Shown here piece after piece: positions 1 to 12,599 of a stretch of 64,000 nucleotides of DNA. Both the position numbers and the translations under genes were made by a program. Source of the stretch: Craspedostauros australis (taxonomy: Eukaryota); the NCBI GenBank assembly GCA_030167865.1, contig JALAGF010004075.1, positions 1 through 64,000 of the forward strand. The letters run 5' to 3'. Numbering within the stretch: position 1 is the first letter of the stretch; the number at the start of each line of letters is the position of its first letter. The notes below the pieces were generated by a model that was given only the letters and a program-made list of their open reading frames with translations, made no database searches and was not told where the DNA came from.

Positions 1-1533
1 TACAGAGGCGGAGAGCCCCAGTTCCCATGGATGCTGCACAAGCTACTCGCAGACGCCGAGAGGGATGGTCTCACCTCCGTCATCTCTTGGATGCCATGCG
101 GTCGTGTCTTCAAGGTGCATCAGCGCAAGCTCTTCCTCGAGATGATCTTGCCGAAGTACGTGCGCCAGTCCAAGTACAAGAGCTTCGTCAGATCGCTCAA
201 CCTTTGGGGCTTCAGCACGTGCCGCCCGTGCTGCGGCAAGGCGCTGAAAGGATCATGTAAGTTCAACTGGGTGTGATTGAGCTGTGTTGGATCGAGTCTG
301 TTGTAATGTGGGGCTTCTGTTCGCACCACGCTCTCGTTTGGCTTGTTGTGTCTCGTCCAGCGTCGCCTTGTGTCCCGATCTGTTCCGGAGGATCAATGTA
401 CTGCTATTTCACTTGCGTGTACGGTACTGCATGATCCATTCCTCTACTGCATCACCATACCCTATGTTACTCTCCCATGGCTCACACGATCCCTCGACTT
501 TATCCTTCGACCTCATCCTCCGACCTGTATGTATCTGGATCCTCCTACCCTTCCACCCTCCCATGTCATATCGTCCACTCCAGACTTCCACCATCTGTTC
601 GTCCGAGGCGCACCAATGCTGAGCCATAGCATGGTGAGGACCAAGATCAAAAAAGTCCCCAACAAGAACCCGAAGTTCTGTGGCCTCTGTCATTTCAAAC
701 AGCAGCAGCTGGGTACCCTCCAACAGTCCAGCTCAATAATTTCCGTGGGAGATTCCTCAATGACCGCGAATGCGGCCTTCGACCCTTCCGTTCCAACACC
801 GTTAGAGCCGAAGCCGAATCCCCGTCGCCAATTGGTGCCAATCGCTCCTGCTCCTATGCCCCCGTTGGGCACTCAGGCTCCCAACCACCACCAACTGGAT
901 GCTGGAAGCCGCGATGTTCCAATCACGACGGTTCAAGTCCCGAGTTCGGGCATACTGGCCACGCCGGTGATACAGCAGATGACAAATGTCGCAAACTACC
1001 ATGGTACAAGCAACACCAGCAAAGACAGCGTAATGGCAATGCACGAAGAGCAATGCAGCAACCTCCACAGCCACCAACCCGTAGCCTTTGACCATCATTT
1101 GGAGCACACTGTTAGCACGGAGAGCCACAATCTCCCTTCGAAGTGTGAAAGTGCAGCGCAGGATGCTCCTTTGGTTGTCCGCGATAGTGATGCAAACGCT
1201 GTGTTGTCAGTGTCGAACATAATGGTCGACAATGGCGAGTCTCATCCAGCCTTTTTTGACAGCTTCGGCAATCACGAAAGCCATGAAATGAAGCAAGAAC
1301 CCAAGAAGTTCATCAACACCAGTGACGAAAACGATCACTTCTTGCTGGACAGCTTTCTCCACGCGCCCGTGTCAGATTCCTCTGATGGCTGCAGCTTGGA
1401 GCTTGAAGCATTCGAACTGCTGTCAGAGAGCGAATTCGAAGCAGGACCGGCACTTGGCGATGATATGATGGCTGGCACGTTTACCATGCTTGGGGCAGAC
1501 GAGCTATGTCGTATGTTCGAAGGCAATCGGTGA
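1..1533 (+). CDS. HSF-type DNA-binding domain transcription factor (5'-truncated); exons <1..256, 584..1533
   Basis: Frame 1 reads FPWMLHKLL..VISWMPCGRVFKVH..ILPKY..KYKSFVRSLNLWGF, the HSF DNA-binding signature. Intron 257..583 (GTAAGT...CTCCAG) restores GSY-FHHLFVRG..MVRTKIK, the C-terminal part of the domain. A low-complexity region and acidic tail follow. Confidence 0.92.
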
Positions 1534-4500
1534 AGGCTATGCGCAGGCATTTCTCGTACATTACCACTCTAGTACACAAATTTACATCATTTTTTACTTT
1601 GCTGGAGATGGTCACATTCTAACAGGAGAGGTGGTAGTGTACCTTATGGAACTAAAACGTCCGCACATATAATCGCATCGCTCTTGTGATCGCCCCAAGT
1701 CTAAAGAGCGGTGAGACTTCATTCGGTGCCTCGATGAGGATGTGGCGATGCTGTTGTCTCTCCATTCCACGAGCGAGCATATTGGGTGAGTTGACACAGT
1801 GCAGGGTACTCTATTATATTCATATCGCTATCGTTCGTTCTGCGTGTCTGTATGTGCAGTTGAAGACGCGGGAGATACCATCGGTTAGTATACATGTAGT
1901 AGTACTCATTTTGTTGCCTCCATCCACGCGCTTTGATTGAATGGTATTATATGATTTGCTTGCTTGATTGGTCGCAAGAGCGTTTACCCATGGAACAGTT
2001 TACAAATGTGTCAACACACGAGCATTGTGACCATATGCATGCAGCCTCTCGAGAGATGTGAGCGGAACCGCATTGCGCGTGCGATCGCTCAGAGTGCAGT
2101 AGTTGCTGGTTCTGCCCGACGAATCGGCGTGCAATTTGGTTGAGTAGATGGATCAGCGTTGGAGATGTGAGATGCACGAGATACGAGTGGTGAGACAGAG
2201 AGAGAACCGCAACGATGACGGGTTCCACCCGCTTTGGGAGTCTCTTTGGCCACAGTGACGTAGTGTGGGATCACTTTGTGTGCGATGTGATTGAACAGTC
2301 GTGTTGTGAATGCATCGGTAATCACCAATCCGCAGCTTGTGTCCATTTTGTTCTGTTGTGTGGTTCGTTCTCTTGCTGTAGCCGTCGGAATGGCGAAGTG
2401 TGGATTGGTCGCAACCCTGTTGGCGCTGGTGGAGATGTGGAATCGGCACCAACAGAGAGGCAGATGGATAACGAAGGGGGTTCGCAGTTGCTGTTTTGGC
2501 GGATGTTGGGGTCTGGATGTCAGCAAAATCGCGTTCGCCCCTTTGTTGGAGATGGCGTTGATCATGTTGCAGGTGAGGCCGCCGAGTGTATCGGCAAGGC
2601 CTTTGTCAAGCTCTTGTTTCGCTTCTGTGTTGCTTGGTAATCGGTGGACTCGTTGCGGGGATCCACTGGCGTCAATTCAAGAGAAGTTACACAAATTGCA
2701 GTATCGGATTGCATTCCTGAAAGCTCTGCGCTGATATCCTGATGTGGCATAATGATCCATCGTCCGATTCTTCATGAAGGTACGATGCTGGTAGTGTCAG
2801 GAACAGCGCTGTCTGTGGTCAACGCCATGTCTGCCAGCATCGATGTGATTCTCCAAGCTTGTGTGTTGGTTTTGAGGTTCTCCGAAAAGAAAAAAATGGA
2901 GGATGTGTGATTATTCTGCGTCTGTGGATGCGAGAAGTCACAGGATGCGTCGCGCACCATCGCGGTCAGAGCATTTGCCATCCATGTGGATGGTGCTTGG
3001 TTGAGGCAGCTTGTGGCCGTGGGTTCCTCTCTGTGATGTTACACTGATGATGCCATTGGATTCTGCCGCTGCTGGCTTGATTCGGGTTGGAACATAGAAC
3101 TGCGTTTGAGTGCGTGCTCTATTGACGATGGCAGAGAAAACCAGGTTGCTACTCTGGTTGACAACCCTCCATCAAGTCGGGGAGCGGCGGTGTTGCCCAT
3201 GTAACCACATTCGTGGCATCAGTGTACCGTGGTCGGTATCCTTGAAAATATGCTGATCGTCCTGCTCCTGAAATGCGTAGAGGTGCTGTATGCTGCCATT
3301 CCCAAGCATATTTGTTCGTTCTACTCGACGCGCTCGTAATGTGACACCAATATGGCATGATGTTTGCCTTGCTTGATGCACCCTTCGCCGGAGTGTGAGA
3401 GCAGAACGTGTAGCTGCTGATGATAGAGTGAAAGCTGGCAACTGCTGTGGTTGAGCATCGAAAGTGATGTAATAGATGGCTCGATAGGATAGATTCTTCT
3501 TGAATGATGTGCCAGCCACGACGCGCAGCTCGTAGTCCCACGGAAACACCTGGCGTGATTGTACTCGTATGACAGCGCGATGATGGTTGAAGGGGCGGCA
3601 GTAGGTTTCATTGTCGTAGTTGGTGGCTGCCCCTTCTCGATGGACCGTCGGTGCCAATGTTGGCGCTACTGCCATGCGATCAATCCGCCCCACGCTGCAA
3701 GCTCGGACCTTGCGACAGAGCCAGCCACTGAGTTGCCGTGCAGGCATGGTATTGTTCACGCTCTTCGTATCAGCTGTGCGAGGACGAATGCAAGAGTGTC
3801 GATGATGCCGATGCCATCTGCGCGGGCGCCGCCGTTGACGATGATGGTTCAAAACTGCATCATAGGCTATGATCCAATGGCGTTGATGGCTTCTTTCTCT
3901 TGACGATGATGTGCTCCTGATCCTGATGCCCGCTTGATTTGCTGCTGGATGCTCCGAATGCGCTCAATCCTTGCAGCTCGCCGCTGCGGATCGTTGCGAT
4001 CGCTTGATGTCATCTTGCGATTGTGCATTGTATCCGAATGCAGCTTACTGTCGAATGCATCGTAGCCAATGCAGCCATGCACCTTTGCGCAGTTTCACTG
4101 AACACTCTCGCTATGATGATCACTGCTGTGATGGTGGCGATGTTGGTGGATGAACACACTGACAGGGGAGGCTCCAGCAGCGGGCACAATGGTCGGCATG
4201 ATCTCGCCGGGCATCAGTGGGTCTGATTTTGTGATGAAGAAAACATGACTCGGTCACGAGCAGACGAAATGACGAACGCGAAGAACATGCGAGAAATTTT
4301 ATATTGGGCAGGACGATTGGCCGTGAACCGTGTCACATGAGAAAGGGACTTAAGAAGCCTTTTCGCGATGAGACTCGCGAACGAAGGTCGATGACATGGT
4401 CGAATTATGGCTTCCGCTTCACTACCGTTGTCATGGCATTTTGTTTGGCGTAACAACGTGCGAGTTGTATTCATCGAGCAGACTCTCGTGTTGTTGGTTC

Positions 4501-5512
4501 AGGCCCAAAAGGGGAGTAATCGTGGACTATTTTTGTCTTGTTCGTGTCTGGTGGCTCCGCTTCGGTTCAAAGTCTCGCACGGTTCTCCAACCTGATGGTG
4601 TCATGGGCGAAATTGGCGCTGGGATCGGGATGCAGTGACCAACATGCGTCATCTGAGAAGAGAAGAGAAGTAAAGAGCAGAAGAGCTTTGGTGTGTGTTT
4701 GGCTTCTCATTGTTCTTTTGGCTCCGCTTCACATTCCCCCACATGTGTCCCACAAACATTCGTTTTCGCAGATTGTTTCTAGCACCTTTTCGCAACTCGA
4801 CCGCAGCTATTCATGAACACGTTCCCTTTTGGAGACTTGTGCAACACGCTCTGCCATGACTCTATTCGTATTGTGATGCATTTGTTTAAGAAGACCGTCA
4901 GCAATGTGACAAACATGTTGGAATACGAGTACGCATTCATGTTGAGAGCAAGAGCTCGTGGGGAGCAGTACGAGTCCAGCGCGTTCGTGGAACTTGTGAC
5001 AGGCTCCATTCACCAATCTGGAGCCTCTTGACTATCCTAGTTTCGACGGCAACACGCAAGACTAGATCGGAAGAGCGCAGTGTCATGTGGTTTGGGAGGC
5101 AGGATCCCATGGGTTCCGAATGGTACGATTATTGTATGTGTCAACACGAGTACGGTAGGTACGCCTTGCATCCAGGTTCGTGTGATGCAAGGCCCTTCTT
5201 GGAAACAGTCCTCTCGCGACACATTCCAATGTAATCTTACTCGTATTCAAGTTCGCATGGCACTTACATCTACGCTGTGGCGAAAGCAGACACTAGGACA
5301 GCGATGACAAGACCGCGTGTGTCAATATGTGTTTTTGCAAGACTATGACCCTGAGAGCTGGGTACAACATCGTGTTATGTCTACCATGGAGTGTTCGATT
5401 CTATTTCCACATTCAACTGCAGAGGTGGCAAGTCGATGGCTTGAAAGTGGGTCCCTGCTGCTCGTTGTCATCGTCTTGCGAAGCGCATGCTGTTGCAGCG
5501 AAGTTGGCACTT

Positions 5513-8500
5513 TCACGCCGATGGGAACGCAATCTCAAAGACATCCTTGTACTCTTCCGCAAAGTGGACGGACAGCCCTTCTTTCAGATACTCCGGTATT
5601 TCGTCGTAGTCACGTTGGTTGGCCTTTGGTAGAATGATGACATTCACCCCAGCCCGTCGACCACCCATGATCTTTTCCTTGATCCCTCCAACTGGCAGGA
5701 CTTTACCAGTGAGAGAGATTTCACCCGTCATCGCCAAATCGTTGCGAATGGGCTGCCCTAACGCCAACGATAGTTTGGATGTGACAATGGCAATTCCTGC
5801 AGATGGCCCATCCTTGGGTGTTGCACCCTCCGGCACGTGCATGTGGATATCATTGGTGTCGAAATAGTGGTTGGATGGGTCGAGGTTGGCCAGATGCGCT
5901 CTGGCAACCGTGTATGCTATCTGGGAGCTTTCCTTCATGGTGTCGCCAAGATTCCCTGTGACCTTCATGCTTCCACCTCCTCTTGGTTTGCCGTCGGCGT
6001 CGGTTCCTCGTTTGATACCTTGCGTTTCAATGTACAAGGCACTGCCGCCCATCGAGGTGTACGCGAGGCCCATTGCAATGCCATGCGGTAGCGGGTCCTT
6101 GCTGTACAGCCTGTCGCTGGTGAAAATCGGTTTGCCGACGTATTCGCTGAGGTTCTCCTCGTCGATGGACCAGGCATCAGTCTTCCTTGCGCTCTTCTTG
6201 GTCAGCTCCGTACCCTCTTCTTCGGCCACGACCTGCAACGCCAATTTTCTTGTAATCTTGTCGATGTACTTCGAAAGGCTTCGGACTCCAGCCTCTCGAG
6301 CATACCACCGGACCAAGCTGCTGATGGCGCCATCTGTGATGCCCAACGTTTTGGGGACGCTGGGTGCATGGTGCAGTGCTTCCAGTGGCATCTTGAGATC
6401 GTCTTCTGGAACCTTGTCTGCATTGTCTGTGTTTCCGCTATTTGATGTTTGTTCGCCTGCGGACTCTTGCCCATCTTCTTTGGGTTCGGACGCGTCAGCT
6501 TGTTTCTCCACCATCAAGCCGCTGTCCTTCATCGATTTGGGCACGAGGTACTGCTTCGCGATCTCTATCTTTTCAGGAGAGTCATATCCAGATAGCCGCA
6601 CAACTTCCATTCGATCCAAGAGCGGACCAGGGATACGTTCCAAATCATTAGCGGTGCACATGAATAGGACCTGGCGTCGTTTTTATTATGGCGGCAATGA
6701 CGATGACGATGATAACAGTCATGATGTAGATGGCATCAAACATGGAAACGTCGAGCAAGGTAGAAATGGTGGCAACCCAACATGATGGCGAGAACATACA
6801 ATGGCAATGGCGGTTGCGGATCCATACGAATGAGTGAGTGAGTGAGTGAGTGAACGGAGGAGCACGGGGCAATTCGCTCTCGTTGTGAATTGCAGTTGCG
6901 CCACATCGCCGGCATGTCGATCACACCAAACTCACCTTGCTGATATCCACCGGAACATCGAGGTAATGGTCACGGAATGCTGAATTCTGGCTTGGATCTA
7001 GGACTTCCAGCAGGGTGCTCGCTGGGTCGCCTTGATAGCTGTGCCCCAACTTGTCGATCTCGTCAATGAGCACAACTGGGTTCGCTGTCCCCGTTGTCTT
7101 GAGGCATTGAATCAGCTTGCCTGGCATGGCGCCGACGTAGGTCCGCCGATGGCCCGTGATTTCGGCAGTTCCAGACAACCCACCCACGGAGAACCGATAG
7201 AATTTGCGCCCCAACGAATCCGCAACAGACTTGGCGATCGACGTTTTGCCTGTGCCGGGCGGGCCGGCTAGGCACAGAATCTTGCCTTGCACAGATCCCT
7301 TGAGCTTTCCTACAGCGATGAATTCCAGAATGGTGTCCTTGACATCGTCCAGGCCGTAGTGGTCTCGATTGAGGATCTTGCGTGCCTTGTCGATGTCAAA
7401 ATTCTCCTTGCTCATCACGTTCCAGGGAATCGCACAGAGCCAGTCCAAGTAGTTCCTCGTGATGTTGTACTCGGAGCTGTTCTTCTCCAGCACCGACAGC
7501 TTTTCCAACTCCGATTCGATGACGGACATCGCCTCTTCGGGGACCTCAGGGCACTCTGCGAGTTGCTTGCGGTACTTCTCCACAAGCGCATCCTTGTCGT
7601 CGACTTCCATTCCCAGCTCCTTCTTGATGGATTTGAGCTGCTCCGTAAGGAAGTACCGACGCTGTTGCTTGCTCATCTTCTCCTCCACCTTCGCGCTGAT
7701 CTCTTGCTGCAGTTTGGCGACTTCGGATTCCTTGTTGAGCAGCACGAGTGCTTTGTGGAGCCTCATTTCCGGATCCTTCTCCTCCAAGACGGCCTGCAGG
7801 TCTGTGGCCGACCCTGCGGAGCAGATGCTGGCTGCAAAATCAGCCAGACTGTAAGGATTCGTTACATCCAGCCGCATCGAGTAGTACTGCACGCTCTCGC
7901 GGAACAGGGGGTTTGCCTGCGCAACTTCGCGGATGGTGCTAAAGATCTCGTTGGTGAGCGCCTTGATCGTATCGCTTTCTCCGGTGTAATCCATCCGCGG
8001 CCAATGGGCAACGGTGGCATCGATGGGCGGACCGACTTCGTCGATTGACGTGAGATCCACCCGTCGGTGTGCCATCAGCAGCACCGTGGTTGCGGATTCA
8101 CCGTCTTCGCCTTCTGCGAGCGGTCCGCCCTCAAACGAAGCGTCGCCTGCCGCCGAGAACTTGCTCTGCGCATCGAACCTGGGGGCTCCTGATCTGGGGC
8201 TGCCCACGCCCTTCGTGACACGTTGGATTTGCGCGAACGTTCCGACGCCGTACAGCTCCGATGGGTCTGTGATGACCTCTGGCGTCGGGAGCAGCACGCC
8301 TCCTTCCGACACGCCGTTCGTGTCCTTCTTGCGCAAGAAGACGCTGATGTAGCTGTTGGAGCTGGTCTCGTGCAGCTTCTCGATGGCGTTGATGGTGGCT
8401 GGTTCGGTCAGCGTGACGGGTGTGAAAACGCCAGGGAACAGCGGGCGGTTGATGACTGGCAACGCCAGAACGTGAGGCATGCGTGGCGCCTCGTCGCCGA

Positions 8501-8762
8501 TGCCTATCTTGGACGGTACGTTCGTCTCGGCGTTGAAGAAGTCTTCGCTGATGTTATCCGGCTTGCCTTTGGTGTCGGCATTGTCCTTGTTGTCGTTGCC
8601 ATTGCCATTGCCATTGCCGTTGCTTTCGCTCGCGAACCTTCGCCACGCCGATGCGTTGGGCAGCGTGGACCGCCCGAATGGCGGCTGAGTCACCTGCGCT
8701 TGGAGGATCGATCGCGACAGGAGCGAGGATCCATACCGAGATCTTGGCAGCATCCGGAGCAT
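5513..8762 (-). CDS. LONP1: Mitochondrial Lon protease; exons 8762..6936, 6670..5513
   Basis: Lon N-domain (LPVINRPLFPG), Walker A GPPGTGKT, Walker B VLIDEIDK, catalytic PKDGPSAG Ser and GGIKEK Lys. Intron 6935..6671 (GTGAG...CAG) joins VDISK-VLFMCTAN. Arg/Ser-rich N-terminus looks like a mitochondrial presequence. Confidence 0.96.
6831..6852. repeat. (GAGT)n microsatellite in the Lon intron
   Basis: tgagtgagtgagtgagtgagtg seen directly. Confidence 0.85.
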
Positions 8763-9471
8763 GGCTGACGTGCTGGTAGCTATCTCTGAGCGAGTACGCA
8801 CTTGTGCTGCAGCACTGATGTTGATTCAAGTTCAAATCGAAGGACGAAGCTTCCGTTGCTCGCTCTTGCGTGCTTGCTTGCTCGCTGATCAAGATGCGGA
8901 GTATGATGTGGAATGGTGTGGTATGAGCCAGGAGGGTGACTGATGTCGAGTGGCTGATGCTGATGCTGTCGATTGTGTTACAGGTTTAGGCAGGGAGGGA
9001 TGATGACCACCAAGTGTTGACATCACTTGCGTGTTTCGTTGTGTTGTGTTGCGTTCCGTTGATGGCCACGAAGCATGGAGCCAGTTCGCATCACGTTTCA
9101 ACATTCGAATCGGTTCTTTGTTCTTCTCCGGAATCGGAAATTGTCCGTTAACTGTATCAACAACGATTTTGTGTCCTGAACATGTTCGAAAAAGCGATCT
9201 CATTTCCGTCTGATCGTTGTGCGAAACCAACATCTCTGCAAATTTGTGTGCGGAACATCGTAGTTGCAGGCTAGATGCGATGGGTTTTAGGCGTGTATTG
9301 GACTTTTCGATTTCAATGAGACGTAATGTGGACACCGAAACACGCACCGCGATTTGCGCAACGCCACCCATCACGCCATCAGCAGAATTCGAACACCTCT
9401 CTCCATCCACAGACGACCGAACAGTGTTGAGACAGCAAGAGCAAGAGCAACACGCAGAGCAGATCACATCC

Positions 9472-9906
9472 ATGCCACGACTTTCGCTGTGTGCAGTCGC
9501 ATTCATCATCGCTGCAATGTCATCTCCTGCCAAGAGCTTGGCCACGGGCGGGGAGGCGTCTGGGAGCGCTGCCGCGTCGCCGAACGACAGCAACACTGAT
9601 GGCCAAGTCCCGCTGCTTCCCGCTAGCGATCCCAGCCTCGACATACCGACCATCAAGCTGGGTGAGACGATCCGTTTCGAAGAGATGGGGCCGATCATAC
9701 TGAACACGGATGGCTCAGCACGTCGCATTGCCAATTGGGATACGTTGACGCAGCATGAGAAGGATACAACATGGCGACGCATCAGCCAGCGCAACGAGAA
9801 AAGGCGCCTGATCCTCCTGCAGCAGCAACAGGAAGCGGAGGCTGCTGCGGCAGCAGCTGATGCTGGCGATGCGAAAGGAGAAGATACCAATGGACAAGAC
9901 TTGTAG
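9472..9906 (+). CDS. Small uncharacterised protein with signal-peptide-like N-terminus
   Basis: ATG after a CAA-rich leader and a hydrophobic N-terminus (LSLCAVAFIIAA). The globular-looking core MGPIILNTDGSARRIANWDTLTQHEK..RRISQRN resembles a small conserved uncharacterised eukaryotic family (from recall, not searched). Confidence 0.75.
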   Translation: MPRLSLCAVAFIIAAMSSPAKSLATGGEASGSAAASPNDSNTDGQVPLLPASDPSLDIPTIKLGETIRFEEMGPIILNTDGSARRIANWDTLTQHEKDTTWRRISQRNEKRRLILLQQQQEAEAAAAAADAGDAKGEDTNGQDL

Positions 9907-10247
9907 GAGTCGCTGATTGACAAAGGGAGGAATGGACGAATGAATGAATGATGAACGATTGATTGAATGACATTCGAATTGGCCCTATTTTGTGACAACA
10001 ACACTCGTTGGAGGCATGTACCAGACCTACTTGTATGTACTTGTGCCACACGGCATCATTGTACTTAGTGTTTAGAGCAACATCCTACCTCACATTATTA
10101 GCATTAGTATCAGTATCAGTATGAATAGAATGAACATCAACAGGACAATGGTCGTGAACATATTCTTCCTGACATTTGACTGCGCCAATACTGGTACCGA
10201 TATGCATGGTACCACATGATATCGCCTCCAGGGCACTCTGCTCCACA

Positions 10248-12599
10248 CTACTCGTTGGTTGCTTCGACGACTTTCGCGCACAGAACATGCGCGCCACCAG
10301 CTGCCAGTACGATCTTGTCGCCTTCATGCGGTGCGACTATCCTCGCACCGGTCGTTTTGATCAGCCCATTTCTGTCAGTCTTGGACCGATCTCCAAGATT
10401 TCCATGCTCATTCCAACCGCAACCGTGGAGGCTGCCCTCGGCATCCAGCACCATGGTCGACTCGGATCCGCAATCGACGTCGTGGATTTGAGTCGTCCGG
10501 AATAGCTGGGTGGGCACCAAGATGTTTTCCGTCCCCTGGCTGCTCAAACCCAATTGTCCCTTGTCATTTCTGCCCCATCCGTACGCGTGCACGGTTCCGT
10601 CACTGCGCTCCACGCACACGATGGAATGAGACCAGCCGCAGATGATCTTGCAGCGCTTCACAGGTAGACTTGATGCGTCGGTGACACCGCTCAAATCCAC
10701 AAGACGAGGAACGCCGTCACGGTTCTTCGACGCATCCTCTGGCATGTCTCTGCCAAGCTGACCGAACTTGTTCTCGCCAAACGACCAAACCCGGTGTTTC
10801 TCGTCAAGCACCAACGTATGGCGTCTGCCGCAGGCCACAGACACGATCTTGGCGCCGTCGTCTGGCTTCCAGCTTCCCACACAAGCATCATCTGCGTCGT
10901 CGATGTTCGATAGACACTGTTTGAATCGTCCACAGCCGAAGGTGTACAATTCGCCGTCTTCAGTTACTGCCGAGGAATGGTACAGCCCTGCTGAGATGCT
11001 GGCGATGAGCTTGCCACTGAGGCACTCGGGTGTCACTGGATTCATCTGGTTGGATGTCGTGGCGCCATCGCACTGGCCCCTTTCGTTGCTTCCGAAACAC
11101 AGCAGCCTGCGCGTTTCGCGCTCGATGACCAGGGTATGCGAAAAGCCCAACGCGGCATCGGCAACACGGATGTCGTTGAGAGAAGGGAGGACTGGGAAGG
11201 GAGCATCATCCTCTGCAGCGGAACCTTGAACCGCCATGCCTCGCCCGAGTTGTCCATTTTCATTCCAGCCCCACAAGAAGAGCCTGCCGCTCTTGGTGAG
11301 CAGACCGGAATGTCCTCCTCCCGCAAACAGTTGAGTCGGAGGATCGTTTGCTATTGCGCCACTGTTGTCTGATCCTTGTTTGTGACACAAAGCGATTTCA
11401 ACAAGTTCATGAGCGTCTTCTCCATTGACCAACGCCGCGACATTGGCGCTCTCGCTCTCGCTGTTGCTGTTGTTGTTCACGATCAGCTGCTCGTGCTGAT
11501 TCGATCCGCATCCCACAAGAAAATAGAATCCCAGATTACGTTCCTGAAATTTCTTTGTGTGCGATGTCAGCAAGGCCGTGTCATCCGCCTTCGCCGCAAT
11601 CGTTTCGGCGTGTTTCAGGAATTCATCCAGGCTGTGCAGATAGAAGTCGTTCGTTCCGCTGGGACCCACGGCAGCGGACAGGACAGCTGCAGCGTATGGC
11701 AGATCGCGCAGGACGCGTGGCCAAATGGCCGGGTTGTCGTGCGTGCCGCGGTACAGCAGGGCCTCGTAGGTGTTGCCCGTTTCATCTTCCACCACCTCGA
11801 TGACGTCTCGGGCGTACCCGCCCTTTTCGCGGAAGTCAAGTTCATCCAAGCATTGGTCGACCTGTTCGGGAGGAATGAGGAAGATGACGCCTTCCGTCAT
11901 GGTGGGTTCTGTTGCAGGTCCCTTGTCGTCTGCAGGGCCGTTCGTTGCGGCATCCGTCGTCGGAACCCTCTTGATATCCCGCACCTCTTCATCTGTCAGC
12001 AAGGTGCAGACAATGCCAGGAAACCTCGGCACGCCGCGATGATCCGTGCTGCGCTGTGCCCAGCAACGCTTGTATCCGCGCGCACTGCCCAAGGTGCTGG
12101 TGACGCTGGGGTGGGCCAACGCCCCCGTGCCTGGATTCCAGCACAATGATCCATAACCAAACAATCGCAAGGAACCATCGCCTTTCTTGATCAGTGCACG
12201 GACTTTGGCGTTTTCGGGAACATTGCCGCCGACGTAGATCTGCTGAACTGGATCCCAGACGGGTGTATCCGATGCTGTTGTGGATGACATTCTTTGTGAC
12301 GAACTGGTGGTGGTCGTCTTTGCGGTGGTGGTGTGTGATCTGCCTTGCTTGTTCTGTTCAATTCTGCCGTTGCTCTTGCTTTTATCGTTGCTGGCGATTG
12401 TGCTTCTTCGGCCCAAGCGGGAATGGTGTGATGTGAAGGAAGATGATGGGTTAGGAAATGCCTCTGCTGTGCAGGTGGCCGACGGGAATGGCCGCACGCC
12501 AACGTTGAGGACGAGCACTCGGATGTGACCCCAAAGAACACTCGCGATCACGAGGAATGGTGTGCTGTAGAAACGCCTCGAAAGGACAGATGATGGCAT
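10248..12599 (-). CDS. ChaC-like gamma-glutamylcyclotransferase fused to an RCC1-repeat beta-propeller
   Basis: Single 783-aa ORF. ChaC motifs LFGYGSLCW, STDHRGVPRFPG, LDFREKGGY, GPSGTNDFYL are followed by about 7 RCC1 repeats (AGGGHS..WGWNENGQLG, ACGRRHT..FGENKFGQLG, CGWSHS..WGRNDKGQLG). Confidence 0.9.
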   Translation of the reverse strand: MPSSVLSRRFYSTPFLVIASVLWGHIRVLVLNVGVRPFPSATCTAEAFPNPSSSFTSHHSRLGRRSTIASNDKSKSNGRIEQNKQGRSHTTTAKTTTTSSSQRMSSTTASDTPVWDPVQQIYVGGNVPENAKVRALIKKGDGSLRLFGYGSLCWNPGTGALAHPSVTSTLGSARGYKRCWAQRSTDHRGVPRFPGIVCTLLTDEEVRDIKRVPTTDAATNGPADDKGPATEPTMTEGVIFLIPPEQVDQCLDELDFREKGGYARDVIEVVEDETGNTYEALLYRGTHDNPAIWPRVLRDLPYAAAVLSAAVGPSGTNDFYLHSLDEFLKHAETIAAKADDTALLTSHTKKFQERNLGFYFLVGCGSNQHEQLIVNNNSNSESESANVAALVNGEDAHELVEIALCHKQGSDNSGAIANDPPTQLFAGGGHSGLLTKSGRLFLWGWNENGQLGRGMAVQGSAAEDDAPFPVLPSLNDIRVADAALGFSHTLVIERETRRLLCFGSNERGQCDGATTSNQMNPVTPECLSGKLIASISAGLYHSSAVTEDGELYTFGCGRFKQCLSNIDDADDACVGSWKPDDGAKIVSVACGRRHTLVLDEKHRVWSFGENKFGQLGRDMPEDASKNRDGVPRLVDLSGVTDASSLPVKRCKIICGWSHSIVCVERSDGTVHAYGWGRNDKGQLGLSSQGTENILVPTQLFRTTQIHDVDCGSESTMVLDAEGSLHGCGWNEHGNLGDRSKTDRNGLIKTTGARIVAPHEGDKIVLAAGGAHVLCAKVVEATNE

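Noticed and set aside
5871-8768. Long plus-strand ORFs opposite Lon, and similar antisense ORFs over ATP3, DUG1, the TPTs and other genes
   Set aside because: Antisense shadow ORFs caused by GC3-biased codon usage, with no motifs of their own.
8889-10049. 386-aa minus-strand ORF
   Set aside because: It overlaps the better-supported plus-strand gene at 9472..9906, has low complexity and starts at a non-ATG codon.
10248-11520. UVR8 photoreceptor identity for the RCC1 region
   Set aside because: It lacks the three GWRHT Trp-triad motifs; only one GWSHS is present.
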